From the NCBI GenBank assembly GCA_963804995.1, contig CAWDSK010000001.1, positions 96,001 to 160,000 on the forward strand: a stretch of DNA of 64,000 nt, written 5' to 3'. Shown here piece by piece: positions 1-12,311 of this stretch (position 1 is the first letter of the stretch; the number at the start of each line of letters is the position of its first letter). The position numbers were made by a program, and so were the translations under genes. Origin of the DNA: an uncultured Acidobacteriota bacterium (lineage in GTDB: Bacteria > Acidobacteriota > Terriglobia > UBA7540). Under the pieces are notes generated by a model. The model saw nothing but the letters and a program-made list of their open reading frames with translations, was not told the origin of the DNA and did not search any database.

Positions 1-9
1 GAACAAAGC

Positions 10-1389
10 ATGCCAGATGCCGGTCCTGCGGATGCCGCTGTCCGTGAAACCGACGAAGATACGAGCCCTAGCCGCATGAGTCACGGGGGAGCAGCGCGGC
101 CAGAGCCCGCAACGAAAGGTGACGGGAAAGCCTGCCAAGGGTTCTCGCGCCGGATAGCGACTTTGAAAGACGTTGTGGACTGGGGTCTATGTACCGGCTG
201 CGGGGCCTGCTATTACGCCTGCCCCAAGCAAGGAATCTCCCTGGTGAATATCGAATCGGTCGGAATTCGGCCGCGGTTTGACTCCGCCGCATGCGCGGGA
301 TGCACTGATTGCCTCTCCATCTGTCCTGGCTATTCGGTGGATGGCGAGTTGGCCACAGGCCATTTTCTTAACGAGGCCGAAGCTCACCCTTCGGTCGGTC
401 CTGTATTGGAGGTTTGGGAGGGGTATGCCAGCGATCCTGAGATTCGCTATCAGGGGTCGTCTGGGGGAGTGCTGTCAGCGCTGGCGCTCTACTGCCTGGA
501 ATGCGAAGACATGGAGTTTGTGTTGCACACGGGAGTGGATGAGGCAAAGCCTTGGGCCAACAGAACCGTCCAAAGCAGGAATCGAAGCGAAATTCTGGCG
601 CGAACGGGATCTCGCTACGCGCCCGCTTCTCCCTGTGACGGGCTGGGCCTGATTGAAAAGAGCCCCCGGCCCTGCGTGTTTGTGGGAAAGCCTTGCGATA
701 CGGCCGCGGTGACCATGCTCCGCAACCAGCGCCCGGATCTGGATCGAAAGCTCGGGCTGGTCCTCACGTTCTTTTGTGCCGGGACCCCGAGCACTCAAGG
801 GACACTCGATTTGCTGAAGAGGCTGGATGTTCCTCTCCAGGAAGTGACTTCTGTGCGTTACCGGGGCGAGGGCTGGCCCGGAGAGTTCAAGGTGCGTTCC
901 CAGAACGAGGCGCCTGGAAAGTCGTTGTCCTATGCGGAGTCATGGGGACGTCTCACCGGATACCGACCCTTGCGATGCCATCTTTGCCCCGATGGCTTGG
1001 GGAGGGTGGCGGACATTTCCTGTGGGGACGCTTGGGAAAGACTGGATAATGGCTGGGACGCGGGGCGCTCGATTGTCGTCGTACGGACCGAGATAGGCCA
1101 GGAAATTCTGCACAGAGCCATGGCTGCGAAGTATGTAGAACTGGAGCCGGTAGGACCAGCCGCTGTTTTGGCGGCCCAGCCAAATCAAATCGCGAGGCAC
1201 CGGGAGCTATTGAGCAGGTTGCTGGGGATGCGGCTACTGTTTGTTCCTGTTCCGAGGTTTGTGGGGTTCTCGCTCTTTAACACTTGGAGTGAGTTGCCCT
1301 TCTTGAGAAAGGTGCGGACCATCCTCGGAACCATAAGACGGGTGGCCTTACGAGGCTTGTGGCGGAGACGCCCGATCCTCCAAGGGTGA
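10..1389 (+). CDS. Coenzyme F420 hydrogenase beta-subunit (FrhB)-like Fe-S protein of polysaccharide loci
   Basis: Two ferredoxin motifs (CTGCGAC..ACP, CAGCTDCLSICP), SSGG, GSRY, VGKPC, FFCAGTPS, CHLCPD..ADISCGDAW. True start may lie downstream of 10. Confidence 0.85.
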   Translation: MPDAGPADAAVRETDEDTSPSRMSHGGAARPEPATKGDGKACQGFSRRIATLKDVVDWGLCTGCGACYYACPKQGISLVNIESVGIRPRFDSAACAGCTDCLSICPGYSVDGELATGHFLNEAEAHPSVGPVLEVWEGYASDPEIRYQGSSGGVLSALALYCLECEDMEFVLHTGVDEAKPWANRTVQSRNRSEILARTGSRYAPASPCDGLGLIEKSPRPCVFVGKPCDTAAVTMLRNQRPDLDRKLGLVLTFFCAGTPSTQGTLDLLKRLDVPLQEVTSVRYRGEGWPGEFKVRSQNEAPGKSLSYAESWGRLTGYRPLRCHLCPDGLGRVADISCGDAWERLDNGWDAGRSIVVVRTEIGQEILHRAMAAKYVELEPVGPAAVLAAQPNQIARHRELLSRLLGMRLLFVPVPRFVGFSLFNTWSELPFLRKVRTILGTIRRVALRGLWRRRPILQG

Positions 1390-1422
1390 ATCTGCGCTTT
1401 GGACCCTAGCGCGCATTTCTCA

Positions 1423-3342
<1,920 letters not shown>

Positions 3343-3371
3343 CCACGCTTGGATACTCTAAAGGAATTGCC

Positions 3372-3401
3372 GGAAGGGCGGCGCTGAAGCCCCGCCCTTC
3401 C
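3372..3401. repeat. REP-like GC hairpin
   Basis: GGAAGGGCGG..CCGCCCTTCC perfect 10-bp inverted repeat just downstream of the intron. Confidence 0.6.
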
Positions 3402-3554
3402 AAACCCGTCGTGAGATATCCGGGCTAGCTGGGATGGCTTCAATCCTTTTATCGCGCGATACCTGAAGTGGAGGATAGAGCTTTTATCGATTAGGTGAGA
3501 AAGCAGCAGATGCGGCGACTCTTGCTGCAAGACAGCATCTGAAAATGAATCGGT

Positions 3555-4280
3555 ATGGTGACGGAACCTGTAACCCCCACTGACGAACTTACATACTGGG
3601 AAAGGGTAAATCTAACCACGAAGTGGGGCCGCTATTTGACCGAAATTGAGACCCGTACGGTTGTCTCGGCAACCAAAACGGCTGGCGGCCCCGGAACTGT
3701 ACTCGAAATTGGCACTGACGGCGGACGATGGTCCGGGGCTCTAATGAATCAGGGGTGGAAAGTCATCTGCACCGATGTTCGGCCCGAGGCCCTGGAGATA
3801 TGCCAACGCAGACTGCCGGGGGCGAAATGCATTCTTGTAAGACCAACAGATACGAGCTTGCCCTGCGCCACAGACACCCTAAATTTGGTTCTTTGTATGG
3901 AGGTTGATGCGGTAACCAGTTCTGAATGGTTCATCGAGGAAGCTTCGCGAGTTCTGACGGCTGGCGGGATCCTGGTGGCTACGATAAACAATAGGTCCTC
4001 CCTTAGAGCTGCCTTTCACGAGGCGTTCAGGCCCGGTGACGCGATCACAAGAAAAGAGCTGGGATTCTACCAGATTAGCTATCGTGACCGTAGAACGAGG
4101 CTCTTGCGATGTGGATTCGAGGTCATTCATGAGGAAGGCTGCTGCTGGTCCCCATTCCCACGCGATAGCAACTCTTTCCTCGTACCCCACTTTGTGCGAT
4201 TTGAGAAATATTTAGGCCTCAGGAGACTGACGAGCCTTAGTCCTTGGGTTGTCTTTGCGGCCCAGAAGGGACAGGCCTAG
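3555..4280 (+). CDS. Class I SAM-dependent methyltransferase
   Basis: VLEIGTDGG motif I; RVLTAGG-type post-motif. Confidence 0.8.
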   Translation: MVTEPVTPTDELTYWERVNLTTKWGRYLTEIETRTVVSATKTAGGPGTVLEIGTDGGRWSGALMNQGWKVICTDVRPEALEICQRRLPGAKCILVRPTDTSLPCATDTLNLVLCMEVDAVTSSEWFIEEASRVLTAGGILVATINNRSSLRAAFHEAFRPGDAITRKELGFYQISYRDRRTRLLRCGFEVIHEEGCCWSPFPRDSNSFLVPHFVRFEKYLGLRRLTSLSPWVVFAAQKGQA

Positions 4281-4449
4281 ATCCATTCATGGTGCACATC
4301 GTTGCAATTTTTCCATGGCCGCTCAGCGAGTCTATCGGGCACGCCCTCCGGGATGGGGAGCACGGCATATCCCCTATGTCCGTTCTGCGAAGCAAAGAGA
4401 TTTCTGATTCCTGCCTTGGGATTCCCGCCGCAGGGAAGGAGATCTAAAG

Positions 4450-5652
4450 ATGCGGGTCTGCATGCTGTCCTATTCGTTTTACGGAGACGACACACGCGTG
4501 CAGCAATATGCCAGCGCTCTTGTGGAACGCGGGGACGAAGTGGATGTTCTCGCTTTGAGTCGAGAAGGGTACCCGGCGGAAGAGGTTGTAGATGGCATGA
4601 AAGTCTTTAGGATCCAATCCAGGAGGCGTGACGAGCGCGGGCCACTTGCTTACCTTTACAGGGTCGTTCGCTTCCTAATTCGCTCCTCGATCATTATGAC
4701 CAGGCAGCACAGGGCCCGCCCCTATGATCTCATTCACGTTCACTCGGTTCCGGATTTCCTGGTTTTTGCGGCCTTGATTCCGAAATTGTCGGGAGCCCGA
4801 GTCATTCTGGATATCCACGACATTCTTCCGGAACTCTATGCGAGTAAGTTCAAGGTGAGCCAATCTTCCTTTGTATTCCGGCTCCTGAAACTCATTGAGA
4901 GATGCTCGATTGGCTTTGCGCATCACGTGATCATTGCCAATCACCTGTGGTACGAATGCCTCATCTCGCGATCGCTACGGCGCGAAAAGTGCACGCCCAT
5001 TTGCCACTACCCTGACTTGCGTTGTTTCTTCCCACACGCCAGAACCAGAACTGACGGGAAGTTCATCATGATGTATCCCGGAACGTTGAACTGGCATCAG
5101 GGATTGGATGTGGCGGTCAAGGCATTTGCAAAGATCGTCAATCAGGCCCCCAACGCGGAATTTCATATCTATGGTGAAGGTCCGACCAAGTCCATGCTGG
5201 CAGACCTCGCTCAAAACTTGGGATTAGACGGCAGAATTTATTTCTACGATTTTAAGCCAACACATGACATTGCCCAGATCATGAGTCAGGCCGATTTGGC
5301 CGTGGTTCCAAAACGCGCCGATTCCTTCGGGAATGAAGCGGTGAGCACGAAAGTCTCGGAATTCATGGCGCTTGGGATCCCCGTGCTTCAGTCGCGGACC
5401 AAAGTGGGAACCTACTACGATACGGAGTCCAGAGTGAGGTTTTTCGAGTCCGAGAACGTGGATGACCTGGCGAAGTGCATGCTCTTGCTCATCCGCGATC
5501 GACCACTCAGGGAGCGTCTGGCTGCTGCTGCCTTGGAATATGTGAAGGAAAACAACTGGGCGGTCAAGAAGTATGAGTACCTCGAACTAGTGGATTCGCT
5601 GACGGGTCGGGGCACCGGTCGTGAAGAGACGCGCGTCCCGGCGGTTGTCTGA
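4450..5652 (+). CDS. Glycosyltransferase family 4
   Basis: GT-B fold: DLIHVH, DIHD, YPGTL..QGLD, KVSEFMALGIPV. Confidence 0.92.
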   Translation: MRVCMLSYSFYGDDTRVQQYASALVERGDEVDVLALSREGYPAEEVVDGMKVFRIQSRRRDERGPLAYLYRVVRFLIRSSIIMTRQHRARPYDLIHVHSVPDFLVFAALIPKLSGARVILDIHDILPELYASKFKVSQSSFVFRLLKLIERCSIGFAHHVIIANHLWYECLISRSLRREKCTPICHYPDLRCFFPHARTRTDGKFIMMYPGTLNWHQGLDVAVKAFAKIVNQAPNAEFHIYGEGPTKSMLADLAQNLGLDGRIYFYDFKPTHDIAQIMSQADLAVVPKRADSFGNEAVSTKVSEFMALGIPVLQSRTKVGTYYDTESRVRFFESENVDDLAKCMLLLIRDRPLRERLAAAALEYVKENNWAVKKYEYLELVDSLTGRGTGREETRVPAVV

Positions 5653-5761
5653 GAAGGGCCGGCCGGTGCTCTTCGGATCTTCCACCAGGGATCCTTGACG
5701 AATTCGCTGGCTTGCCCTTGCGCGCCGCTGGTTCGCCTCCCTTTGTCCAAGCCGAAACCCG

Positions 5762-6604
5762 ATGCTAAATTTCCATTTCGACCGCACCCTCAGCGTCTAC
5801 TTGTGTCACCCATTCGCGCGGGGACGCGACGGAGGCCGCCGGCTGCGCATCCCGATTCTGATGTACCACGGCATCAGGGAAGGGAGCGAGGGTCATCATC
5901 CTTACTATGAAACGAACACGTCTCCCCGGGTTTTTGCCCAGCACATGAAGTTTCTCCACGAAAACGGTTATAGGGCACTGGGGTGGGACGAGGTACTGCT
6001 GGATTCGGCTGGATGTCCTCCCCCCAAATCTGTGGTCATTACTTTTGACGATGGATATGCGGATTTCTATCGCCACGCATTTCCCATCTTGAGCCAGTGC
6101 AGTTTTACCGCTACCGTGTTCGTGATAACGGCGCTTCTGAAGCCCCAGAGGATGTATTTCAAGGGGACCGAATGTCTGACTTTATCGGAAGTCCGCGAGT
6201 TACATTCCCAAGGTATTAGCATCGGCTCCCATACCGTCACCCACCCCCAACTCAAGTTCTTGAAGCAGGACGAAGTGGAGAACGAGCTATCCGGGTCGAA
6301 GAAGTCCCTGGAGGACGCGCTGGGGGCTCCCGTCAAATCCTTCGCCTACCCGTTCGCGTTTCCGGAGGCCGACCGCGGGTTTGTGAGCAGGCTGGCGGAC
6401 CTCCTGAACAAGTGCGGTTACGAGAATGGTGTAACCACCATCGTGGGGACCGCCAAACCCGGCGCCAACCGATGGTTTTTGCCGCGATTGCCCGTCAACT
6501 CCTGGGATGATCTCCGCTTCTTCCGCGCCAAACTCGAGGGCGCCTATGACTGGCTGCATGGCCCCCAATATCTTGTCAAAACCCTCGAAGGCTTCCTGTC
6601 GTAA
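5762..6604 (+). CDS. Polysaccharide deacetylase (CE4)
   Basis: PILMYH, ITFDDGY, GSHTVTHP, FAYPF motifs. Confidence 0.92.
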   Translation: MLNFHFDRTLSVYLCHPFARGRDGGRRLRIPILMYHGIREGSEGHHPYYETNTSPRVFAQHMKFLHENGYRALGWDEVLLDSAGCPPPKSVVITFDDGYADFYRHAFPILSQCSFTATVFVITALLKPQRMYFKGTECLTLSEVRELHSQGISIGSHTVTHPQLKFLKQDEVENELSGSKKSLEDALGAPVKSFAYPFAFPEADRGFVSRLADLLNKCGYENGVTTIVGTAKPGANRWFLPRLPVNSWDDLRFFRAKLEGAYDWLHGPQYLVKTLEGFLS

Positions 6605-6633
6605 GCAGGGTGCGGAGTGGATTTGAATTTACC

Positions 6634-6716
6634 GCCCTCTCCCCCAAGGGGGCGAGGGAAGAAGGGTTCTTGGAGTTGGTGCTGCAATCGAGAGCCTCTC
6701 ACCCAGGGGGAGAGGT
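6634..6716. repeat. Paired palindromic intergenic repeats (CCCTCTC..GAGAGG type)
   Basis: CCCTCTCCCCCAAGGGGGCGAGGG and CCTCTCACCCAGGGGGAGAGG; a related copy lies at ~60484-60551. Confidence 0.55.
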
Positions 6717-6746
6717 CACTGACGGTCGAATACTGAGAACTGACAG

Positions 6747-7637
6747 ATGAACTCCGTGAATTCTGGCAAACAGACCCGATACGTCATCATCACGCCTGTG
6801 CGCGATGAGGCGCAGCATATCGAAGAGACCATCAAGAGTGTCACTCAGCAGACCATCAAGCCAACCGAATGGGTGATCGTGGACGACGGTTCCACCGACG
6901 GCACCTGGGAAATTATCGATCGTCTATCTGTCGAATGGCCTTGGATAAGACCCTTCCATCAGCCTAACAGAGGTTTTCGCGATGCCGATACGGGTGCAGT
7001 CGGCGCCTCTCTTGCGGGGTATCGGTTCCTCAAATCGGCGGACTGGGAATTCCTCGTCAATCTGGACGGAGATCTCAGTCTGGAATCTCAGTATTTTGAG
7101 AAGTGTTTCAGGGAGTTTGAAAAAGACCCAAGGTTGGGAATTGGCGGGGGATCGCTATACCATTTCAACGGTTCGGGTGCTAGGGAAGATGAGGCCTGCC
7201 CGCGATTTCACGTGCATGGTGCAACCAAGATCTACCGGCGAGCGTGCTGGGATGCCTTCGGGGGCTTGGCGGCGGTTCCCGCCTGGGATACGTTCGATGA
7301 AGTCAAGGCACACATGGCCGGCTGGCGCGTTCGGAGCTTTCCAAATTTGAGGGCTCTCCACCGGCGGCCTACGGGCGCCTCAAGCGGCGCGTGGCGCGAC
7401 TCCGTCAAGAACGGTCGCTGCGACTATTTCCTCGGTTACCACCCGGTGTTTATGCTTCTGAAGTGCCTCCGCCGAATCTTCCAGAAACCGTTTCTGGTCA
7501 TCGGAGCCGGCCATCTTTACGGTTTCATCAGAGGCTACCTTGATCGACGGCCGCAAGTTGAGGATGCAGCATTGATTCGGTACGTTCGGCGGCAGCAAAT
7601 GCGGCGTCTACTCCTTATGGGGTCGATGTGGAAGTAG
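6747..7637 (+). CDS. Glycosyltransferase family 2
   Basis: IITPVRDE, VDDGSTD, LDGD, WD motifs. Confidence 0.92.
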   Translation: MNSVNSGKQTRYVIITPVRDEAQHIEETIKSVTQQTIKPTEWVIVDDGSTDGTWEIIDRLSVEWPWIRPFHQPNRGFRDADTGAVGASLAGYRFLKSADWEFLVNLDGDLSLESQYFEKCFREFEKDPRLGIGGGSLYHFNGSGAREDEACPRFHVHGATKIYRRACWDAFGGLAAVPAWDTFDEVKAHMAGWRVRSFPNLRALHRRPTGASSGAWRDSVKNGRCDYFLGYHPVFMLLKCLRRIFQKPFLVIGAGHLYGFIRGYLDRRPQVEDAALIRYVRRQQMRRLLLMGSMWK

Positions 7638-7650
7638 TGCCGTTGGTTCT

Positions 7651-7706
7651 CTGTTGCGGCGCTCTATGAGCGCCGAAAATCCGGCGGTCGTAGACCGCCG
7701 CTACAG
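7651..7706. repeat. REP doublet-like palindrome
   Basis: CTGTTGCGGCGCTCTATGAGCGCCG ... CGGCGGTCGTAGACCGCCGCTACAG: two inverted hairpin units with GTAG/CTAC-like tails. Confidence 0.6.
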
Positions 7707-7739
7707 CAGGGGTTGTCCATGCGGAAGTGGATAGAGACC

Positions 7740-8681
7740 ATGGATCTCTCCATTATCATCGTCAATTGGAATTCAGCAGGATTTGCGACCCAATGCCTTT
7801 CCAGCATTTATTCTCAGACGCACGACTTGGGGTTCGAAGTCCTGGTTGTCGATAACGCTTCTACGGACGATTCATGTTGGGTCATTCAAGACCGCTGCCC
7901 CTCGGTCACGCTGATCCGTAGCCCCCAAAACCTCGGTTTTGCCAGGGCGAACAATCTGGGGTTCCAGAACTCCTCGGGACGTATTCTGCTGTTCCTTAAC
8001 CCGGACACTGAATTGCGTGGCCCGGCCATTAATCTGATGCAGGCTTGCCTCGACTCTTCGGCAGACATCGGGGTTTTAGGCTGCCGGCTCCTGAATTCGG
8101 ACCTAAGTGTGCAGACCAGTGCCATCCAGCCCTTCCCGACGATCCTGAACCAGCTTGCCGACCTTGAGCAGTTGCGGCGGCTCACTCCCCGGCTGAACTT
8201 GTGGGGCATGCGGCCCCTGTTCGAATCTGACCACGGAAGACCCGTCGAAGTGGAGGCGGTGTCCGGGGCCTGCATTATGGTTAAAAGGCAAATCTTCGAA
8301 CAAGTGGGCAAGTTCAGCACCGACTACTTTATGTACGCGGAAGACCTCGACCTCTGCTACAAAGTCAAGAAGGTTGGGAAAAAAGTCTGTTACCTGGGCG
8401 CGGCGACCATCGTGCATCATGGCGGGCAGAGTTCCAAGCAACGGGGCGGGGAGGCCTTTGCCGGCCCCTTAATGAAGGAGGCGTCGCTGAGGTTTTTGCA
8501 AAAGACGCGCGGGCCTTTCTATGCGGCTCTCTATCGTCTCGCCATGTTCCTGATTTCCATCCTCCGCATCGCCGTCCTGGGAGTGCTTATACCCATTCCC
8601 TCCGCAAGACTCGACAAAGAGTCCCTCCGCCACTCGCTGGCAAAATGGTGCAGGATTCTGCGCTGGAGCGTGGGGCTCTGA
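7740..8681 (+). CDS. Glycosyltransferase family 2 (WbbL/rhamnosyltransferase-like)
   Basis: IIIVNWN, VDNAS, GFARANN, LNPD, FMYAEDLDLC. Confidence 0.9.
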   Translation: MDLSIIIVNWNSAGFATQCLSSIYSQTHDLGFEVLVVDNASTDDSCWVIQDRCPSVTLIRSPQNLGFARANNLGFQNSSGRILLFLNPDTELRGPAINLMQACLDSSADIGVLGCRLLNSDLSVQTSAIQPFPTILNQLADLEQLRRLTPRLNLWGMRPLFESDHGRPVEVEAVSGACIMVKRQIFEQVGKFSTDYFMYAEDLDLCYKVKKVGKKVCYLGAATIVHHGGQSSKQRGGEAFAGPLMKEASLRFLQKTRGPFYAALYRLAMFLISILRIAVLGVLIPIPSARLDKESLRHSLAKWCRILRWSVGL

Positions 8682-8780
8682 AGCGTGGACGCGGCAAATG
8701 GGGAAACCCGCCGCGAGCCAGCCAACAGGATCGTGAGTTTGAAGGCGACCAACGGATAGCGTGGATCACTAAACCCAATC

Positions 8781-10208
8781 ATGGCACTCATAATTGCGAT
8801 TATGCTCATCTCGGTCGGCGCTCTTGTCGCCATCACCCTGACCAAGGGTTTTGAACGAGCGCTGCCGTTCTTCGCCTTTCTGGTGATTGTGCTGCCGGGG
8901 GAATCCATGATTCCATTGCCGGGGCTGTTTGACTTGACCGCGACACGAGTTGCAACTGCCACGCTTGCTGTCCTCTACGTCGTTTTTGGAAACCAGCGTC
9001 CAGAGAGTCACCGCAACAATAAACTACCACTGAAGTATATTCTGCTGCTTTACGTGGGGTGGTGTGTGGTCTCGACCCTCAATTCTATTGTCTTTGCCAT
9101 CAGCCTGAAAGCAGTGCTTTCTACTGTCTTGGACTTCTACGTCATCTACTACGTCTACTCGAAATCCGTCACCAGTGTTGAGACCATCCACAAGATCCTT
9201 GCTGCCTCTGTCGCCGCTCTGGTGGTCTGCTGTGTTTTCGGGGTGATAGAACGTTTCACTGGCTGGAGAGCGGCCGACTTGTTTCCGGCACTCACGCATC
9301 GATTTGGGCCAGGAGCAGGAGAAGGAGGGGGAGAATCCGGCAGGATCTCATCAACCTTCCCGGTTATGATACTGTTCGGGAATGCTCTGGCCTTGGGCAT
9401 ACCCTGGGCACTCTACCTTCTAGGAATGGCCAAAACCGGAGCTCAGAAAGTCTACCTGTGGGTGGCTATTATCATGATGTTTTATAATATTTACAAGACC
9501 GATAGCCGTGGGCCATGGCTGGCACTAATCTTGTCAATTGTGCTGCTGCTTCTCTTCTCCTCAGGCCGCATCCGCAAGTACTTGGTTGTTATTTCTCTTC
9601 TTACGGTCGCGACGCTGATCATACGACCCGGTGTCTGGGAAACGCTGGAAAACATCTATCTTGAGACCCTCAACCCTGATTCAGAGCGTGGACTATCCTA
9701 TCAATACCGATACGACTTGATGCGCGTGGCTAGGGAGGCGCTGGCTAAAGATCCTAGCCGCGCGGTTGGGGGGTTTGGACCCGAATCGTTCTACTACGGG
9801 GGTTTAGAGGGGATAAATCCCGGCACCGGTAACGTTGTACCCTTTGATAGCTGCGACAGTGCATTCGTAGCGATCATGTTCGAGACCGGGTACGTGGGAC
9901 TCCTTCTGGTGGCAGCGTTGTTGATAAAGGCAGCTTTGTTCTCGTTGCACGGGTTTGCCCGCGTGCCCAAGCCAGCGAATCTCCTTTGCTTGATATTTCT
10001 GACCAATATAGTCTCCTACGCCTTCATGATGGCAAGCGTCGAGAATTTTGGGTGGGGGCAGCAGACGCAAATGCTGTGGATCATCCTTGCCTTATCCATG
10101 GTCTATCCTGGCTTGGTCCAACCCAAAAGCTTGGCGAAGGAGCTCGCAGTCTTTCCTTGGCAAGAAACGCGCCCGCAGTTGGCAGCAGTGAGGCAGCCCC
10201 GAGCATAG
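8781..10208 (+). CDS. O-antigen ligase/Wzy polymerase family membrane protein
   Basis: About 12 hydrophobic segments; T-x-SRG motif; GFG..F loop; ETGYVG. Confidence 0.85.
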   Translation: MALIIAIMLISVGALVAITLTKGFERALPFFAFLVIVLPGESMIPLPGLFDLTATRVATATLAVLYVVFGNQRPESHRNNKLPLKYILLLYVGWCVVSTLNSIVFAISLKAVLSTVLDFYVIYYVYSKSVTSVETIHKILAASVAALVVCCVFGVIERFTGWRAADLFPALTHRFGPGAGEGGGESGRISSTFPVMILFGNALALGIPWALYLLGMAKTGAQKVYLWVAIIMMFYNIYKTDSRGPWLALILSIVLLLLFSSGRIRKYLVVISLLTVATLIIRPGVWETLENIYLETLNPDSERGLSYQYRYDLMRVAREALAKDPSRAVGGFGPESFYYGGLEGINPGTGNVVPFDSCDSAFVAIMFETGYVGLLLVAALLIKAALFSLHGFARVPKPANLLCLIFLTNIVSYAFMMASVENFGWGQQTQMLWIILALSMVYPGLVQPKSLAKELAVFPWQETRPQLAAVRQPRA

Positions 10209-10225
10209 GGCAGGATATTCCTGCA

Positions 10226-11380
10226 ATGGAAGGGCAAATCGTCACCAAAGTGGTGCGCCGTCTCGAAGAAGTCGAAGGAATCGCCGAAGTTTGGCGTTCA
10301 TGGCAGTGCCACCCCAATTCCGACCTTGACTATTATCTGACTATTCTTTGCTCGCGACCTGAGATCCTTCGCCCTCATATCCTTGTTCTTTGTCGCGACG
10401 GGCATCCCGAGGCCATGCTCATCGGCAGGCTTGATAAGAGGCGGGTGGAACTGAGAGTCGGGTACAAGACCTTGCTCACCGTGGGCGCCCGCTCGCTGAC
10501 CTTCATTTATGGGGGGGGGCTCGGTGACCACAGCCCTGAAAATTCGATCATTTTCGTGCGCGAGGTTGTCAAGTCGCTGCGGTTGGGCGAAGCCGACATG
10601 GCATACTTCAGCCATCTGAAGGTTGGCTCGCCAACCTATGAATCGATCCAGAGTATGGCGGGATTCCTCACGCGCGAGCACTTTCTGGCCTCCGGCGTCC
10701 ATCGCAGCATGGCGCTTCCAGCTTCGGCTGAGGAGTTTCAACGTCGGCTCCCCTCGAAGGCGAGGCAAAAGCAGAGGAAGCTGCTAGGTGCGCTCGGCGA
10801 CTCGCTTCGAGTGGTCTGCTACCGCACGGCTGAAGAACTGGAAACTGTGTGTCGAGATGTTGAGACAATTGCAAGAAAGACGTATCAGCGAGGACTTGGG
10901 GTGGGGTTTGTCGACAATGACGAGATTAGACAACGGATGCACCTGGCGGCCGCGCGCGGGTGGCTCCGCGCCTATCTGCTTTACTTCGGCACGCGGCCGG
11001 CAGCCTTCTGGATTGGAACCGTGTACGGCGAAAAATTCCATAGCGACTACATGGGCTATGACCCCGAGTTGGCAGAGCGCTCGCCTGGCATCTTCCTGGT
11101 GACGAAGGCGATCGAGGAGATTTGCGACCGGCAACGCGAGTGGGGTACCCTGGAAATAGACTGGGGGTTCGGGGACGCGCAGTACAAGGAGATGCTCGGC
11201 ACCTGCGAATGGAAGGAAGCGTCCGTGCACATCTTTGCCCCCAGCATCAGAGGGGTGGCTTTGAACGCCGTACGGACGCCGGGCGCGCTTGTCGAGCACG
11301 TTTCCAAGGATCTTCTCGGAAAGTGGAGTGTGGTCTCCTGGGTGAAAAAGAGATGGCGCCAGCGTTTGGCTCGGGCCTAG
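10226..11380 (+). CDS. GNAT family (CelD/BcsL-like) acyltransferase
   Basis: GYDPELAERSPG and DWGFGDAQYK motifs; ATG at 10226 follows the upstream stop. Confidence 0.8.
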   Translation: MEGQIVTKVVRRLEEVEGIAEVWRSWQCHPNSDLDYYLTILCSRPEILRPHILVLCRDGHPEAMLIGRLDKRRVELRVGYKTLLTVGARSLTFIYGGGLGDHSPENSIIFVREVVKSLRLGEADMAYFSHLKVGSPTYESIQSMAGFLTREHFLASGVHRSMALPASAEEFQRRLPSKARQKQRKLLGALGDSLRVVCYRTAEELETVCRDVETIARKTYQRGLGVGFVDNDEIRQRMHLAAARGWLRAYLLYFGTRPAAFWIGTVYGEKFHSDYMGYDPELAERSPGIFLVTKAIEEICDRQREWGTLEIDWGFGDAQYKEMLGTCEWKEASVHIFAPSIRGVALNAVRTPGALVEHVSKDLLGKWSVVSWVKKRWRQRLARA

Positions 11381-11392
11381 GCCAGCGTTAAC

Positions 11393-12094
11393 ATGTACAG
11401 CCTCGGACGCCCAATTGGAAAGGCGATAAATCTCCTGCGGCCCCTGTGGACGATGCTTAACGAGGTCGTTCTCAACATCCGCACGATCTCGCCCAGCACC
11501 GCCGCCGATACCCCACCGGACCCGGTAAAGCCAAAATGGCGCGGTCCATTTTCACGGACGGTAAAACATGACGACAACTTTGAATACGCCTCCCCCGACT
11601 ACTGGTATATTCGTGCGATTGCCAATCGCTTGAAACTCGCCCGCGAAGATGTGTTCTATGATATTGGATGCGGCATGGGTCGCATCCTCTGCGTTGTGGC
11701 TCGCCGGCGGATACGAAAGTGCGTCGGGATTGAACTCCTCGAACCTCTGTGTGAGAAAGCGCGGCGCAACGCGCTTCGCCTCCGGGGACGGAAGGCTCCC
11801 ATCGAGATTATTTGCGCTGATGCCGCGACGGCAGATTTGTCAGAGGGAACAATTTATTTCCTTTTTAATCCGTTTGGAAAAGATACATTGCGGGTCCTCC
11901 TTGCCAATCTCCAAACTTCCATTTCACGGGACCCGCGAAAAGTGACGCTTGTCTACTACAACTCGGTTCATGAATCAGTCCTGGAAGCGTCGGGATGGCT
12001 TGACAAGTCTGATGAGTTTAACACCCTCTCGGGTCTCCACGTGACCTTTTGGAAGAGTTGTGGCGGCCGCTCTGCCCCAGACTATTCCGCGTAG
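11393..12094 (+). CDS. Class I SAM-dependent methyltransferase
   Basis: FYDIGCGMGR, GIEL, ADA, FLFNPF. Confidence 0.85.
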   Translation: MYSLGRPIGKAINLLRPLWTMLNEVVLNIRTISPSTAADTPPDPVKPKWRGPFSRTVKHDDNFEYASPDYWYIRAIANRLKLAREDVFYDIGCGMGRILCVVARRRIRKCVGIELLEPLCEKARRNALRLRGRKAPIEIICADAATADLSEGTIYFLFNPFGKDTLRVLLANLQTSISRDPRKVTLVYYNSVHESVLEASGWLDKSDEFNTLSGLHVTFWKSCGGRSAPDYSA

Positions 12095-12311
12095 ACGATC
12101 TGCTCTGACTTTCCCCCGAGCAACCTGGACGGACGGGGAGGACTTGCTTTCATGGGTTTAGGAGCCCAGCCATTAGGCCTGCGGCCGGTTTGCGAAGTGT
12201 TTTCGATATAGCTTCCCACAGACACGAGGATTCTTGTCGCGTACGGCTCCCGGGATGCGTAAACCATGGCAAGGGAAATGTCAGGGCACTTAACGGGTGC
12301 AAGAATTCGAG